From NCBI GenBank assembly GCA_016176335.1, contig JACOXI010000004.1, forward strand, positions 18,303 to 82,302: 64,000 bases of DNA, given 5' to 3'. The position numbers and the translations under genes are program-made. Source of the DNA: Candidatus Daviesbacteria bacterium (GTDB lineage: Bacteria; Patescibacteriota; Microgenomatia; Daviesbacterales; UBA10151). Positions 44,485-58,188 of this stretch are shown piece by piece (position 1 is the first letter of the stretch; each line of letters opens with the position of its first letter). The notes beneath the pieces are model-generated. The model saw only the letters and a list, made by a program, of their open reading frames with translations. It had not been told where the DNA came from and did not search any database.

Positions 44485-45897
44485 TTAAAAATATTGGTCT
44501 GGGAGGTCATTTTCAAGGAGAATAACTGCTCTCGCAGTTGCGAGGGTGGACAGAAGTTTGATTCCATTTTGTGTTGAAGATACTAAATGAATTTTGGTTT
44601 TTGGAAAATCGGATAAGCCTTTTAGTAAATCTTCTTTGGCGTTTTCTCCGACGATGATAAACTCATCTACTACTTTGGCAGTATCTTTGGCAAATTCTTG
44701 ATTTTCTTTGGAGCTTTCTTGCCCTAACTCCACTAACCCCGGGGTAATAATAATTCTTTGTGTTGCCGGATATTCTGATAACAATTTTAGAGAGGCTCTT
44801 GAGGCCTCGGGGTTGGTGTTATAGGTATTATCAATTATCGTCATACTGCCCTGTTTTTTAATCTCTAATCTATGTGGAGTCGGAAGCATGAGTTTTGCTC
44901 TGTCCTTAATTTCAGAAAGTGTAAGTCCTAATTGTAACGCGGCCACTGACGCGGCCAGCAAATTTTGTACATGATGTTCGCCTGTTAATGGAATTTTAAT
45001 GTCCGCTTTTCCTTTGGGAGTGTGTATGGTAAATTCTGTCCCATCAGTTCCTGTTTTAATGTCAGTTGCATAAAATGGATCATTATTACTTCCATAAAAT
45101 ATAACTTTGGCAGATAAACTGGAAGCATTATTTTTTATCTGTTCATAGGTACTGTTTAAAATAGCTGTTCCATTCTTTTCTAAAGCTTGTGGCAGTTCAA
45201 ATTTAGCATGGGCTATATTTTCCAAAGTGCCAAATGCTTGCAGATGCTGGGGAGCAACAGCTGTGATAATTCCTATTTGCGGTTTTACTAAATTGGCAAT
45301 TTTTGCAATTTCTCCTCTTTTATAAGCCCCTATTTCACAAATAAAAATATCTGTTTTTTCTTTAACCAAATCCATGACAGTTTGGGCAATACCTATCGGG
45401 GTATTAAAACTTTTTGGGGTTTTAACAACATAATATTTTTTAAAAAGAAGTGTATATAAAATATCTTTGGTGGAAGTTTTACCGAAAGAACCTGTGATTG
45501 CCACAACTTTTAAATTAGGCAATTTAGCTAATGTTTCTTTTGCTTGAGAAAGAATTTTCCCTTTTAGATAACTTTCCAAAGGTGTATATAAAAAGTTTGA
45601 GATCACTAAAAATACAGGAGAAAAGATAAGCAGAAAAAGAAAGATCAAATAAAGAGATATCAAGTTTGGAGATATACTGGCGGTAATATATATGCTCACC
45701 ATGATAATCAAAACAGTTGAGGTGATAAAAAGAGCCAAAGCTTTCTTAGTCCATTCCAGTTGGTGTTTTTTTTGTAAGTTCCTTCTGGTTGGATTTTTGA
45801 GAAACCATCTTAAATAATCTTGGGAATTATATTCAAAAACTTGGTAAATATATAAATGATCAAATAACGGAAAAATTTTAGATAATAATTTTTTCAT
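44485..45897 (-). CDS. murF: UDP-N-acetylmuramoyl-tripeptide--D-alanyl-D-alanine ligase with an N-terminal transmembrane extension
   Basis: Mur ligase P-loop ITGSFGKTSTKD and the MurF-type DNTYNTNPEAS motif. The first ~110 aa contain 2-3 TM helices in place of the usual MurF N-domain. Confidence 0.75.
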   Translation of the reverse strand: MKKLLSKIFPLFDHLYIYQVFEYNSQDYLRWFLKNPTRRNLQKKHQLEWTKKALALFITSTVLIIMVSIYITASISPNLISLYLIFLFLLIFSPVFLVISNFLYTPLESYLKGKILSQAKETLAKLPNLKVVAITGSFGKTSTKDILYTLLFKKYYVVKTPKSFNTPIGIAQTVMDLVKEKTDIFICEIGAYKRGEIAKIANLVKPQIGIITAVAPQHLQAFGTLENIAHAKFELPQALEKNGTAILNSTYEQIKNNASSLSAKVIFYGSNNDPFYATDIKTGTDGTEFTIHTPKGKADIKIPLTGEHHVQNLLAASVAALQLGLTLSEIKDRAKLMLPTPHRLEIKKQGSMTIIDNTYNTNPEASRASLKLLSEYPATQRIIITPGLVELGQESSKENQEFAKDTAKVVDEFIIVGENAKEDLLKGLSDFPKTKIHLVSSTQNGIKLLSTLATARAVILLENDLPDQYF

Positions 45898-45962
45898 AAG
45901 GTAACCCTTCGACTGGTTCGACTACTTCGACTTCGCTCACCACAAGTCCGCTCAGGGTGAAA

Positions 45963-46709
45963 TTATTCCAGGAATAATTTCACATAATTTGCAAACCTTT
46001 CCGGGTCGTGGACATGTAAAAAATGACCCTGTTCTTCCATAATGATAAGCTTGGAATTTGGCAAAAGCCGATACATCCTTTTGCCATACTTTAAAGGAAC
46101 TGCTCTGTCAGCATCCCCCCAAATAAGTAAAGTTTCATTGCCTACTTTTTTCAAATTATCAGTTAAATCCTCCTTGAGAGTTTTAAGCAGTGTATCTTTC
46201 ATAACTCCCGCATTTTCGTAATCAGACTCAATTTTTTTGTAAAACTTTTTTCTGATGATTGTTTTTATATTAAAAATATCTGGTATTAGATAATGGACAA
46301 TTTTTGCCAACGGGTAAGCGATGGTATTAGCAAAAGAATGATCTCTTTTTAGTCCGGCAGAACCTACCAGAATTAATTTATCCATTAAATTTGGATAAAG
46401 GTTGGCAAATCTGATGGAAATTTTACCACCAAAAGAATGGCCCAGGAGAGTTGGTTTGGAAATCTTTTTTTTCCTAATAAAGTCTGCGATGATTTGTGCA
46501 TAATCTTTTGTATTAAAAGCTTTTTTAGGAATATCTGATCTTCCAAAACCTGGTAAATCCAAAATCCACAAAGTCAGATTATCTTTTAGCAAATCCACAG
46601 ACGGCCAAAATGTTGAAGAGTCCAATCCCCAACCATGCAAAAGGATTAAATTTTTTCCTGTGCCAACCTTTTGAAAATATATTCTCTGATTATTAATTGT
46701 TATGTACAT
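45963..46709 (-). CDS. Alpha/beta-hydrolase fold protein
   Basis: Nucleophile elbow GHSFGG. HGWG oxyanion region near the N-terminus. Confidence 0.8.
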   Translation of the reverse strand: MYITINNQRIYFQKVGTGKNLILLHGWGLDSSTFWPSVDLLKDNLTLWILDLPGFGRSDIPKKAFNTKDYAQIIADFIRKKKISKPTLLGHSFGGKISIRFANLYPNLMDKLILVGSAGLKRDHSFANTIAYPLAKIVHYLIPDIFNIKTIIRKKFYKKIESDYENAGVMKDTLLKTLKEDLTDNLKKVGNETLLIWGDADRAVPLKYGKRMYRLLPNSKLIIMEEQGHFLHVHDPERFANYVKLFLE

Positions 46710-46802
46710 AGCCTACTATTGTATCTTTTTTGGTCACAACTCTCCAGTTTCTAAAGATATGCAATATATTGTGGATTGATTTATATGTTTGTCTGATTTA
46801 TT

Positions 46803-47339
46803 GTGGTAATTATGCAGATTGGTTTATTGTCCATGATTATTGTTGTATTTGGAGTATTATCCCGACTCATTCCCCATGCTCCAAACTTCGTTCCAATCGG
46901 GGCGTTGATGCTTTTTGGAGGAGCATATTTGCCGAAAAAACTTTTATGGTTACCTCTCTTGGCATTGTTTATTTCAGATTATTTCATCGGTTTTTATGGA
47001 ACAGATATGGTTTATGTTTACGGTAGTTTTGCTTTGGTAGGGTTAATCGGACTTTGGTTGAGAACTCACAAAACACCACATTTTGTTTTAGGTGGAGCAT
47101 TCTTTTCTTCGGTTTTGTTCTTTATAATTACCAACTTTGGAGTTTGGGCGCCACCCAATAATTGGTACCCACACAACTTAAGTGGTCTACTGCAAAGTTA
47201 CATTATGGCGATCCCCTTTTTCAGAAACTCACTTATAGGTGATTTAGGTTATACAATTTTGCTTTTCGGTGGTTATGAGCTAACTCAAAGACTTGCCAGG
47301 AAATATCTTCCTGCAAAATTATTTAATTTAGCATTTTAG
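46803..47339 (+). CDS. Polytopic membrane hypothetical protein
   Basis: 5 TM helices. No motif recognised. Confidence 0.45.
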   Translation: MVIMQIGLLSMIIVVFGVLSRLIPHAPNFVPIGALMLFGGAYLPKKLLWLPLLALFISDYFIGFYGTDMVYVYGSFALVGLIGLWLRTHKTPHFVLGGAFFSSVLFFIITNFGVWAPPNNWYPHNLSGLLQSYIMAIPFFRNSLIGDLGYTILLFGGYELTQRLARKYLPAKLFNLAF

Positions 47340-48448
47340 TTTTTAGGTTCATAGAAGTTCTTAATTAATTTACTAGTATAATCTACTTCATCAATTATCA
47401 TTTCGGGATAAAGAGGTAATGATAAAATTTCCTTCACAAACTTTCTGGCATTTGGCAAAGATAGATTACCGTATTCAGGTTTCAAAAACGGCTGGTCAGG
47501 GATAATTTTAGGAAAGTGGATGAATGTTTGTACCCCACTTCTTTTTAAATATCCCATCAACTTATCCCTCTTTTTTGCTCTAATGACAAATAAATGGAAA
47601 TTAGCATTATTAAGATTATCCGCTTTAACAATTTTGAGAGATGGAATATTGGAAAGATGACTTATATACCTTATAGCCAGTCTCCTCCTTTGGTTGTTTT
47701 GGGAATCCAGCGATTTTAACTTAATATAAAGTAGAGCAGCTTGAATTTCGTCTAATCTGCTGTTTAGAGCAAACCTGACATGATGGTATTTTTTGTTCTG
47801 ACCATAATCTCTAATTTCCCTGCAAACATCAGCATTTTTTTTATTGTTTGTTACAATTGCCCCCCCATCCCCTAAAGCCCCCAAATTTTTGGTAGGATAA
47901 AAAGAAAAACAACCCAGGTCACCAAATGTCCCTAATTTTTTTCCTGTAAAAGATGATCCATGGGCTTGGGCAGCATCTTCCACTAAATAAAGATTATATT
48001 GTTTACAGATAGCTTGAATTTTTTCCAAATTAACAGAGTTTCCGTAAAGGTGAACTGGTAAAATTGCTTTGGTTGCTTTGGTAATTGCTTTTTCAATCAA
48101 ACCTTCGTTTATTAGTCCATCGTCTTTCGTATCCACAAAAACAGGTATTGCTCCAACTGCCAAAATTGCTAAAGTTGTGGCCACAGCAGAAATAGGAGTA
48201 GTAATTACCTCATCATCTTTGCCTATTCCCAAACTCATTAAAGAAATTTGAATTGCCTCTAGCCCATTTCCCACACCAATGCAATACTTAGCCCCTAAAT
48301 ATTTGGCAAATTTTTCCTCAAACTCTAATACGTTTTTAGAAAGTATGTAATTTCCAGAGTCCAATACTTTTAAAAAAGCATTTTGTAGCTCTTTGGTAAC
48401 TTTTGTGGCAGGTACGAGATTATTAAACTTAACTTGCCTTTTTCCCAT
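47336..48448 (-). CDS. DegT/DnrJ/EryC1/StrS-family PLP-dependent sugar aminotransferase
   Basis: Family motifs throughout, including CIGVGNGLEAIQISL, SFYPTKNLGALGDGGAIVTN and the PLP-Lys region. Confidence 0.85.
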   Translation of the reverse strand: MGKRQVKFNNLVPATKVTKELQNAFLKVLDSGNYILSKNVLEFEEKFAKYLGAKYCIGVGNGLEAIQISLMSLGIGKDDEVITTPISAVATTLAILAVGAIPVFVDTKDDGLINEGLIEKAITKATKAILPVHLYGNSVNLEKIQAICKQYNLYLVEDAAQAHGSSFTGKKLGTFGDLGCFSFYPTKNLGALGDGGAIVTNNKKNADVCREIRDYGQNKKYHHVRFALNSRLDEIQAALLYIKLKSLDSQNNQRRRLAIRYISHLSNIPSLKIVKADNLNNANFHLFVIRAKKRDKLMGYLKRSGVQTFIHFPKIIPDQPFLKPEYGNLSLPNARKFVKEILSLPLYPEMIIDEVDYTSKLIKNFYEPKN

Positions 48449-48851
48449 TGGCTATTTTTAAAAACTTTTGATAGTCTCTGATATAATCCTTAGGGTCAAA
48501 AACAGCAGATGAAAGTACCAACAAAATAGTATCTTTTTTGAATCCATGCATCTCGTGCCATATTAACCTATCAATTAAAAGCCCCTCATTTGGTTTATTT
48601 AATATTATCTTTTCTTTTCTTTTACCATTATCTAAAACCATCTCTAAATTGCCCTGAATACAAAAAAGAACCTGTCTGTTTTTATAATGCGCATGGAATC
48701 CTCTTGGGTATTTTGTCACTGCTTTTGTGATGTAATAAACTCTTTTGATAGAAAAAGGTATGTGATCTTTTGTTTGTGCAAAATAGAGACAACAATCATC
48801 AAAAATTTCCGGAATCTTAATTATCTTGATTAAATTAGTTTTCCCTCGCAT
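48429..48851 (-). CDS. WxcM/FdtA-like cupin (dTDP-4-keto-6-deoxyhexose 3,4-isomerase family)
   Basis: Cupin motifs HAHYKNRQVLFCIQG and LIWHEMHGF. Overlaps and shares orientation with the aminotransferase and the GT2 gene. Confidence 0.7.
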   Translation of the reverse strand: MRGKTNLIKIIKIPEIFDDCCLYFAQTKDHIPFSIKRVYYITKAVTKYPRGFHAHYKNRQVLFCIQGNLEMVLDNGKRKEKIILNKPNEGLLIDRLIWHEMHGFKKDTILLVLSSAVFDPKDYIRDYQKFLKIANGKKAS

Positions 48852-49626
48852 GAGAGGGATTATATATGTAGGGAGGTAAAAGTTGCAATCTTAATCTTTT
48901 AAATACCCTGAGTAATTTATATATTAGCATTAGTTCAAGCCACAGCATAAGAAGTTCTGATAAGGTAATTAAAATTCTGTTGATTCTAAAAAACTGAGAA
49001 ACTCCAAACCTTCTTTCCAAATGATGAACGGATACTTGCCTAAATTTGGCTCCTGTTCTTTGAGCTTTTTTCACCAGTTCAATACAAATTGCCCCACTTG
49101 AACATTTAAGATTTAGTTTTTTGATAACTCGTTTTCTAATTAATCTAAAATCACAATCAATATCCAATATTGGAACCCAAAAAAGCCACCTTGTAAAAAA
49201 ACTATATAAATTACCGATAACTATTCTATAAGTAGGATCATGTCTGGACATTTTCATTCCATTTATAAAATCAACATCCTTGCTCATTAAAGATAAAAGA
49301 ATTGATAGTTCTGATACATCATATTGTCCGTCCCCATCTGTATAAAAGATAAGCTCATTTTTTGCAGCTTTAAACCCACTTCGTAATGCTCCTCCATATC
49401 CAAGATTTTGTTGATGAAAAATTAGTTTAAGGTAGGAGTATTTTTTAGCGAGATTGTTAAGATAAATTCTTGAGCCATCTGTAGAACCATCATCTACAAC
49501 TATTACCTCGTATTTTTTAGTAAACTTCCTGACAGTTTCAGAGGCATCTGTTATAAGTTTCCCAATGGATTGCCTGTCATTGTAACAGGGAAAAAAGATA
49601 GATACACTGTTTCTTTTTGATATCAT
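48835..49626 (-). CDS. Family 2 glycosyltransferase (polyprenyl-phosphate sugar transferase, ArnC/DPM1-like)
   Basis: FFPCYNDRQSIGKLI, VIVVDDGSTDGS (DxD), and a C-terminal TM tail. Confidence 0.85.
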   Translation of the reverse strand: MISKRNSVSIFFPCYNDRQSIGKLITDASETVRKFTKKYEVIVVDDGSTDGSRIYLNNLAKKYSYLKLIFHQQNLGYGGALRSGFKAAKNELIFYTDGDGQYDVSELSILLSLMSKDVDFINGMKMSRHDPTYRIVIGNLYSFFTRWLFWVPILDIDCDFRLIRKRVIKKLNLKCSSGAICIELVKKAQRTGAKFRQVSVHHLERRFGVSQFFRINRILITLSELLMLWLELMLIYKLLRVFKRLRLQLLPPYIYNPSHAREN

Positions 49627-49650
49627 CCCAATAATGTATACTCTTATCTT

Positions 49651-51246
49651 ATGGCATTTTCAAGAATACTTCCTCTAACCGCTATTTTTTTAATATTTTT
49701 TACCCTCTTTGTCTTTTTGTCCATTAGAACTATGACATCTGTCCCTTTTTATGATTTTGATGAAGCACATAGAGCAGAAAATGCCAAACGGATGAAAGAA
49801 TACAAAAGTTTCTTTGTTCCTTTGACTGGTTCTTCCTATGATAGAGTTGAGCATTTAAAGATTCCTTTTAGGGAAAATGGAGATTTTTATCTTTATTACC
49901 ATTTGGAAAGACCTCCTCTAATCTATATTCTGATGTTTATATCCACCACCATTTTTGGTGATGTTGAATGGGCTTATCGTTTACCCTCATTTCTATTTGG
50001 AATCTTAACTATAGCTTGCTTGATATTTTTTATCAAAAAAGAGACAGGTAATATATTCGCAATCTCAATAGGACTTTTATCTTTAATTACTTCAGCTGAC
50101 CTTTGGTTATCCTCACAATATGCCCAGATGGATACGGGCATAACTTTTTTCTTAACAGCTAGTTTGTTGACTCTTATATATTTTGTTCAGAGCCGGAAAA
50201 CTTTTTTAATATTTTTATCTGGCATATTTTTTGGTTTTGCATTACTTAGTAAATTACAGCCTGCTGTGATTTTTATCTTTCCCCTGATCGGCTTGTTAAT
50301 TTTAAGAAAGATTCATATTGCTGATTTATTTAAATTTGGATTGGGGTTTTTAATAATTTTTCTACCCTGGATGATTCATCTAATTGTAAAATTTGGCATA
50401 ACAGATGCAATTCGAATTATGCCGGGCTTTGCTCTAACTTCTGCATCAATTATAAACATCCATCAAAAAGCTCCCATTTTTTGGTATATGCGTTGGTGGT
50501 GGGATAGTTTCCGACCCGGGTGGACGATATTTTTGGGACTCTTGATTTTTGATATTGTATCGAAAAATTTAAATTGGAAAAAGATAACCCTATTATTCTA
50601 TATATTTGGAGGTTTACTTTCATTTTCAATCGCCATTAATAAGATCTGGTGGTATGTATTACCTCTGATACCGGCTATTTGTTATTATATTTTTCTTTCT
50701 GTTAATGATTATATTCAAAATGAAAAAAAGGCACTTGATAATCTATCTTTTACAATTGTGGTAGCATCCTTACCAATATTTTTGAGGTCTTCAAATTTAA
50801 TCAGTATGATCTATGGGATTTCAATTACCACTATTGTTTTTCTTATCTTAAAAAATAAATTATCAATTAAAATAAACCCCAGAATAAAAAAACAAACTAT
50901 TTTTTACATTGTTGTAGCTTTCAGTCTGCTGCTATTCTCTTTACAATTTCCTAAAATCACCCCTTATCACAGAAATGTCAAGGAAGTGGCTCTGTATTAC
51001 AAAAATTTGTCTTATCCCAAGTGTTTATGGCTTGGAGATATGCCAGGTGAGGCAGTGTTATTTTACTCAAATGCAGGAGAGGTACCACCGCTTAATCAAA
51101 CCAATCAAACAACACAAATTTTCTCAAACTGTAAAGATAACTTCCTGATAACTCCTGAAAGGTATAATGGTAACAAACCAATCATAAGTAGAGGAAGTAT
51201 CAGACTTTATCAATTAACAAAAGATTCTAAATGGTTATCTGAATAA
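49651..51246 (+). CDS. ArnT/PMT-like (GT-C, family 39/83) integral membrane glycosyltransferase
   Basis: About 11-13 TM helices. The first extracytoplasmic loop has the conserved DFDEAHRAE-type acidic motif of PMT/ArnT-like GT-C enzymes. It sits next to the polyprenyl-P sugar synthesis genes. Confidence 0.65.
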   Translation: MAFSRILPLTAIFLIFFTLFVFLSIRTMTSVPFYDFDEAHRAENAKRMKEYKSFFVPLTGSSYDRVEHLKIPFRENGDFYLYYHLERPPLIYILMFISTTIFGDVEWAYRLPSFLFGILTIACLIFFIKKETGNIFAISIGLLSLITSADLWLSSQYAQMDTGITFFLTASLLTLIYFVQSRKTFLIFLSGIFFGFALLSKLQPAVIFIFPLIGLLILRKIHIADLFKFGLGFLIIFLPWMIHLIVKFGITDAIRIMPGFALTSASIINIHQKAPIFWYMRWWWDSFRPGWTIFLGLLIFDIVSKNLNWKKITLLFYIFGGLLSFSIAINKIWWYVLPLIPAICYYIFLSVNDYIQNEKKALDNLSFTIVVASLPIFLRSSNLISMIYGISITTIVFLILKNKLSIKINPRIKKQTIFYIVVAFSLLLFSLQFPKITPYHRNVKEVALYYKNLSYPKCLWLGDMPGEAVLFYSNAGEVPPLNQTNQTTQIFSNCKDNFLITPERYNGNKPIISRGSIRLYQLTKDSKWLSE

Positions 51247-52566
51247 TTTTTCAACTGCTGTATTAAATTTTCTTCCCCTATCAAATTCGTTCTGAAATAA
51301 ATTAAAAGAAGTGGCTGCAGGAGAGAAGAGAATAATATCACCGGATTTTACTTCTACTTTTACATCTTCAAGCAGCTTTTCCAGATCATTATATGGACCA
51401 TATATTTTGAGATTGCTTCTCCGCCTGCTGGCGGATCGCAATGACGAAAGGATAGAATCAGTGGAGTCACCTTCTAAGAAAAATACTTTTTTAACATTTT
51501 CATCTACAACCTTTGAAAACTCTTTATAATCCATCCCTTTGTTCATCCCGCCGCAGATTAAAATACAATTTGGAAAAGTTTTTATAGCTTGAATAGCTGC
51601 ATCAGGAACTGTGGCTGTAGTATCGTTATAAATCTTAATTCCATTCCATTCTTTTATTAACTCCATTCTGAATAGTACTCCTTTAAATTTGGAGATGGTA
51701 TCCAGAATCTGTTCCTTTGGGATATCAAATGTTTTACCCAAAGCTAACGTAGCTGCTATATTAGATTTATTATGTTTACCCATAAGGACCGGCTTAAAAT
51801 CTTCTGGCAAATCAGACACAGAATAAAAAATAATTTGCCCCTGAAACCCTTTTAAAAATTCAGGATTATTTAAAGAGGGATCGGCTTTATTTATAAAGAT
51901 AAAATCATCAGGAGTTTGATAAAGGCCAATTATTTTTTTTGAATAAATATACTCATCCATTGATTTGTAATAATTTAAATGATCAGGATATATATTTGTT
52001 ATGATTGCCCACCTGGGGGAAACTTTATGTTGGTCAAATGCCTCAAGCTGAAAAGATGATATTTCCAATACAACCAGAGTTTTTTCGTCAACTTGATCAA
52101 TTGTATCCAAAACACTTTTGCCGATATTGCCTGCCAAAACCGTATTTTTACCTCTAGCTTTCAAAACCTCATAAATTAGCGAAGCTGTTGTGGATTTTCC
52201 TTTTGTTCCTGTAACTCCAATAATTTGTTCTGGTTTAACATAATCTAGAAAAATTCCCATATCCTGCTCAACTCTTTTACCCAATTTTCTGGCATATTCA
52301 ATAAAAGAATTTCCAGGTTTTACTGCCGGGTTTCTAATAATTGTATCTGCCCAGTCAAAATCCTTGTGTTTATGTCCACCTAAAGTATAGGTGATTTCCG
52401 GATAATTTTTAAGCTGATCAAGAGATGATTGTAAAATTTCTTCTTTCCTTAAATCAGTAACTTTAACTTGCGCACCTTGTTTGGCAAAAAATTGGGCGGA
52501 TCCTACTCCTCCCTGGTTTAAGCCCAGCCCAAAAATAAGAACCTTAATATTTTTAAATTTATTCAT
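51235..52566 (-). CDS. murD: UDP-N-acetylmuramoylalanine--D-glutamate ligase
   Basis: N-terminal Rossmann-like VLIFGLGLNQGG. Mur ligase P-loop GVTGTKGKSTTASL. Confidence 0.85.
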   Translation of the reverse strand: MNKFKNIKVLIFGLGLNQGGVGSAQFFAKQGAQVKVTDLRKEEILQSSLDQLKNYPEITYTLGGHKHKDFDWADTIIRNPAVKPGNSFIEYARKLGKRVEQDMGIFLDYVKPEQIIGVTGTKGKSTTASLIYEVLKARGKNTVLAGNIGKSVLDTIDQVDEKTLVVLEISSFQLEAFDQHKVSPRWAIITNIYPDHLNYYKSMDEYIYSKKIIGLYQTPDDFIFINKADPSLNNPEFLKGFQGQIIFYSVSDLPEDFKPVLMGKHNKSNIAATLALGKTFDIPKEQILDTISKFKGVLFRMELIKEWNGIKIYNDTTATVPDAAIQAIKTFPNCILICGGMNKGMDYKEFSKVVDENVKKVFFLEGDSTDSILSSLRSASRRRSNLKIYGPYNDLEKLLEDVKVEVKSGDIILFSPAATSFNLFQNEFDRGRKFNTAVEKLFR

Positions 52567-53182
52567 TTGGATTTTTAATACCTTGTAATTCTTTAATAAA
52601 AAAATCTACCCCGTCTGATTCCAACTTAATATATGCTGAATTAGATACTGCGCCTACAAAATAAGTTTCTTCGGATAAGTGATTAAGCAACACCATCATC
52701 ATTCCTCCGTGGCTGACAATTAACACTGTCTTGCCTAAATATCGAGCAGCAACTTCCCTAAGAAAAGTAATAAATCTGCTGATTGCTTCTTCATCGGTTT
52801 CATATCCCCCGTAAGGTCTGTAACCAACTCTTTCTTTTTTGCTTAAATTTTCCCATATACGATGGAACTCTTGCATCATATGATATGGTGTACCATCTAA
52901 TTTGCCGTAGCGTCTCTCCCGCAATAAATGAGTTGTTTCTATGGCCAGCTTCCGCTCCACTGCAATAATTTCAGCAGTTTTTTTGGCTCGAACTAAATCG
53001 GAAGAGAAGATAGCATTAAACTTAACATCTTTCAAATCTTTGTTTAAAGCCTTTGCCTGTTGGATCCCTTTATTATTTAAAGGAATATTTGATTCTCCTT
53101 GAGTTTTACCTTCGGCATTCCAATCTGTTTCTCCGTGCCTAACTATATACAAAATACAATAATTTTGCTCCTTTTTTGCCAT
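52559..53182 (-). CDS. Histidine phosphatase family protein (phosphoglycerate-mutase-like)
   Basis: Catalytic LYIVRHGETDWN motif. Start placed at the ATG at 53182, which has a TATAAT immediately upstream on the minus strand; the longer ORF runs to 53215. Confidence 0.7.
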   Translation of the reverse strand: MAKKEQNYCILYIVRHGETDWNAEGKTQGESNIPLNNKGIQQAKALNKDLKDVKFNAIFSSDLVRAKKTAEIIAVERKLAIETTHLLRERRYGKLDGTPYHMMQEFHRIWENLSKKERVGYRPYGGYETDEEAISRFITFLREVAARYLGKTVLIVSHGGMMMVLLNHLSEETYFVGAVSNSAYIKLESDGVDFFIKELQGIKNPNE

Positions 53183-53991
53183 GAATGGTATTATACAATT
53201 CTCGATGAATAACAATCCAATCGGAGTATTTGATTCTGGAATCGGTGGGTTAACTGTTGCCAGAGAAATTGTGAAACAGTTGCCTCACGAGAGCATCATC
53301 TACTTAGGTGATACTGCCAGAGTTCCTTATGGTACAAGATCAAAAGAGATTGTCATAAAGTTTGCTTTAGAGCTTGCCAACTTTCTCTTAAGGCGGAAAG
53401 TGAAATCTCTAGTAGTCGCCTGTAATACCATCTCCGCAGTGGCTTTGGATAAAATAAAAAATATTTCCCCTGTCCCAATTTTGGATGTAATCGCTCCTGC
53501 TGTTAAAAAGGGAGTAAGAGCAACAAAGAATAAAAGGATTGGAGTAATTGGGACTTCAGGTACAATTCAAAGTGGAGCTTATGCACTCCAGATTAAAAAG
53601 ATCGATCCTAGGATTAAGGTTTTTTCTGTAAGTTGTCCCCTATTTGTACCTTTAGCAGAAGAAGGGTTACACAAACATCAAGCCACAAGATTAATTGCAA
53701 AGGATTATTTGGATGAATTGGTTCGCTTAAAGATAGATACTTTAATTTTGGGTTGTACACACTATCCTTTGCTCTATGACACGATTACAGAGATCTTAGG
53801 ACCTAAGGTTACATTGATTGATTCAGCTCAACCAACAATCGAATCATTAAAAAAAGTTTTAGAAGAAAAAGGCTTAATATCAGAAAATAACAACCCAACT
53901 TATGAATTTTATGTGACAGATGCTCCAGGAAGAGTTTATCAGGTAACAAGAAGGTTTTTTGGTAGTAAGCTTAAGGGAAAAATTAAAAAGG

Positions 53992-54008
<17 letters not shown>
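53181..54008 (+). CDS. murI: Glutamate racemase
   Basis: PIGVFDSGIGGLTV and the second catalytic region LILGCTHYPLL. An alternative start at 53205 would avoid the divergent 2-nt overlap. Confidence 0.8.
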
Positions 54009-57317
<3,309 letters not shown>

Positions 57318-57334
57318 TTAAGTATAGTTTACTA

Positions 57335-57520
57335 CAAAATAATCTCAAATGTTAGATCTTAAATGTCAATCCTTCGATTACACTCAGGATGATACTGAGC
57401 GAAGTCGAAGTATCAAAACTACAACTTTTAACTGCCTTCGGCAGAACAAATCTAAAATCTACTAAAAAGTTTTAAGATTTACGATATAGATTTGCGTTTT
57501 GCGATTTGAGTTTTGAGTTA
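57335..57520. repeat. Modular intergenic hairpin repeat, copy 4 (composite)
   Basis: aatctcaaatgttagatcttaaatgtcaat...ctgagcgaagtcgaagtatc...ctgccttcggcagaacaaa...gatttgcgttttgcgatttgagttttgag. Shares sub-modules with 15131, 18655, 33803, 33018-33090 and 45900-45950. Confidence 0.65.
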
Positions 57521-58159
57521 TCTTGCCTTTGGCATTTTTAGCATTAAATATTCCAAAATTGCCCTAATGTTGACATTTTGTGCGGCCCATTTTTCAGCTT
57601 CTATAAGTTCTTTTAAAAAGTTTAATTCTTCACCTTTCAGGTGGGATCGTAGATTTTGGTGGAAGTACTGGATTAGAAAATGTAGAAACTCCTCCCTGTT
57701 TTTTAATTTCTCAATATATTCAAATCTCTCTTCCATGCTTGCAGCCAGCAGCTTTTCTACTTTCTCCATGTTATCTACGTCCGGTGTGTCAGGTTGGTCC
57801 TGGAGGTTGATTATTTGACAACGAGATACCACAGTTGGTAAAAGCTTGGCATCTGAATCTGCCCCTAAAATAAATAGAGCATCCTTTGGTAATTCCTCAA
57901 TGGTTTTCAAAAGGGCGTTTTGGGCCTCAATTGTTAAATTTGTAGCGTCTGCCAAAACAACCGATCTTCCTTTCGATTGATATGGTTTTAGAGAAAAGTG
58001 TCCCTTGATGGCTCTTGCTTGTTCTATCCCTAGTTTGGAGCTTTCCTGAAAATACAAAAGATCAGGATGGGGGTTTTTAAATCCTTCTTCCCCCAAAATT
58101 TCCTTTATAAACTTCTGCCGTTCACTTGAGTTGGAAGATATCAAAAGCCTGGCAATCAC
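57518..58159 (-). CDS. holB: DNA polymerase III subunit delta' (clamp-loader AAA+ like)
   Basis: Degenerate Walker-like region, TVVSRCQ sensor motif, and the size typical of delta'. Confidence 0.65.
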   Translation of the reverse strand: MIARLLISSNSSERQKFIKEILGEEGFKNPHPDLLYFQESSKLGIEQARAIKGHFSLKPYQSKGRSVVLADATNLTIEAQNALLKTIEELPKDALFILGADSDAKLLPTVVSRCQIINLQDQPDTPDVDNMEKVEKLLAASMEERFEYIEKLKNREEFLHFLIQYFHQNLRSHLKGEELNFLKELIEAEKWAAQNVNIRAILEYLMLKMPKAR

Positions 58160-58188
58160 AAGTTACCAGTTTACACGATTGACACAAT

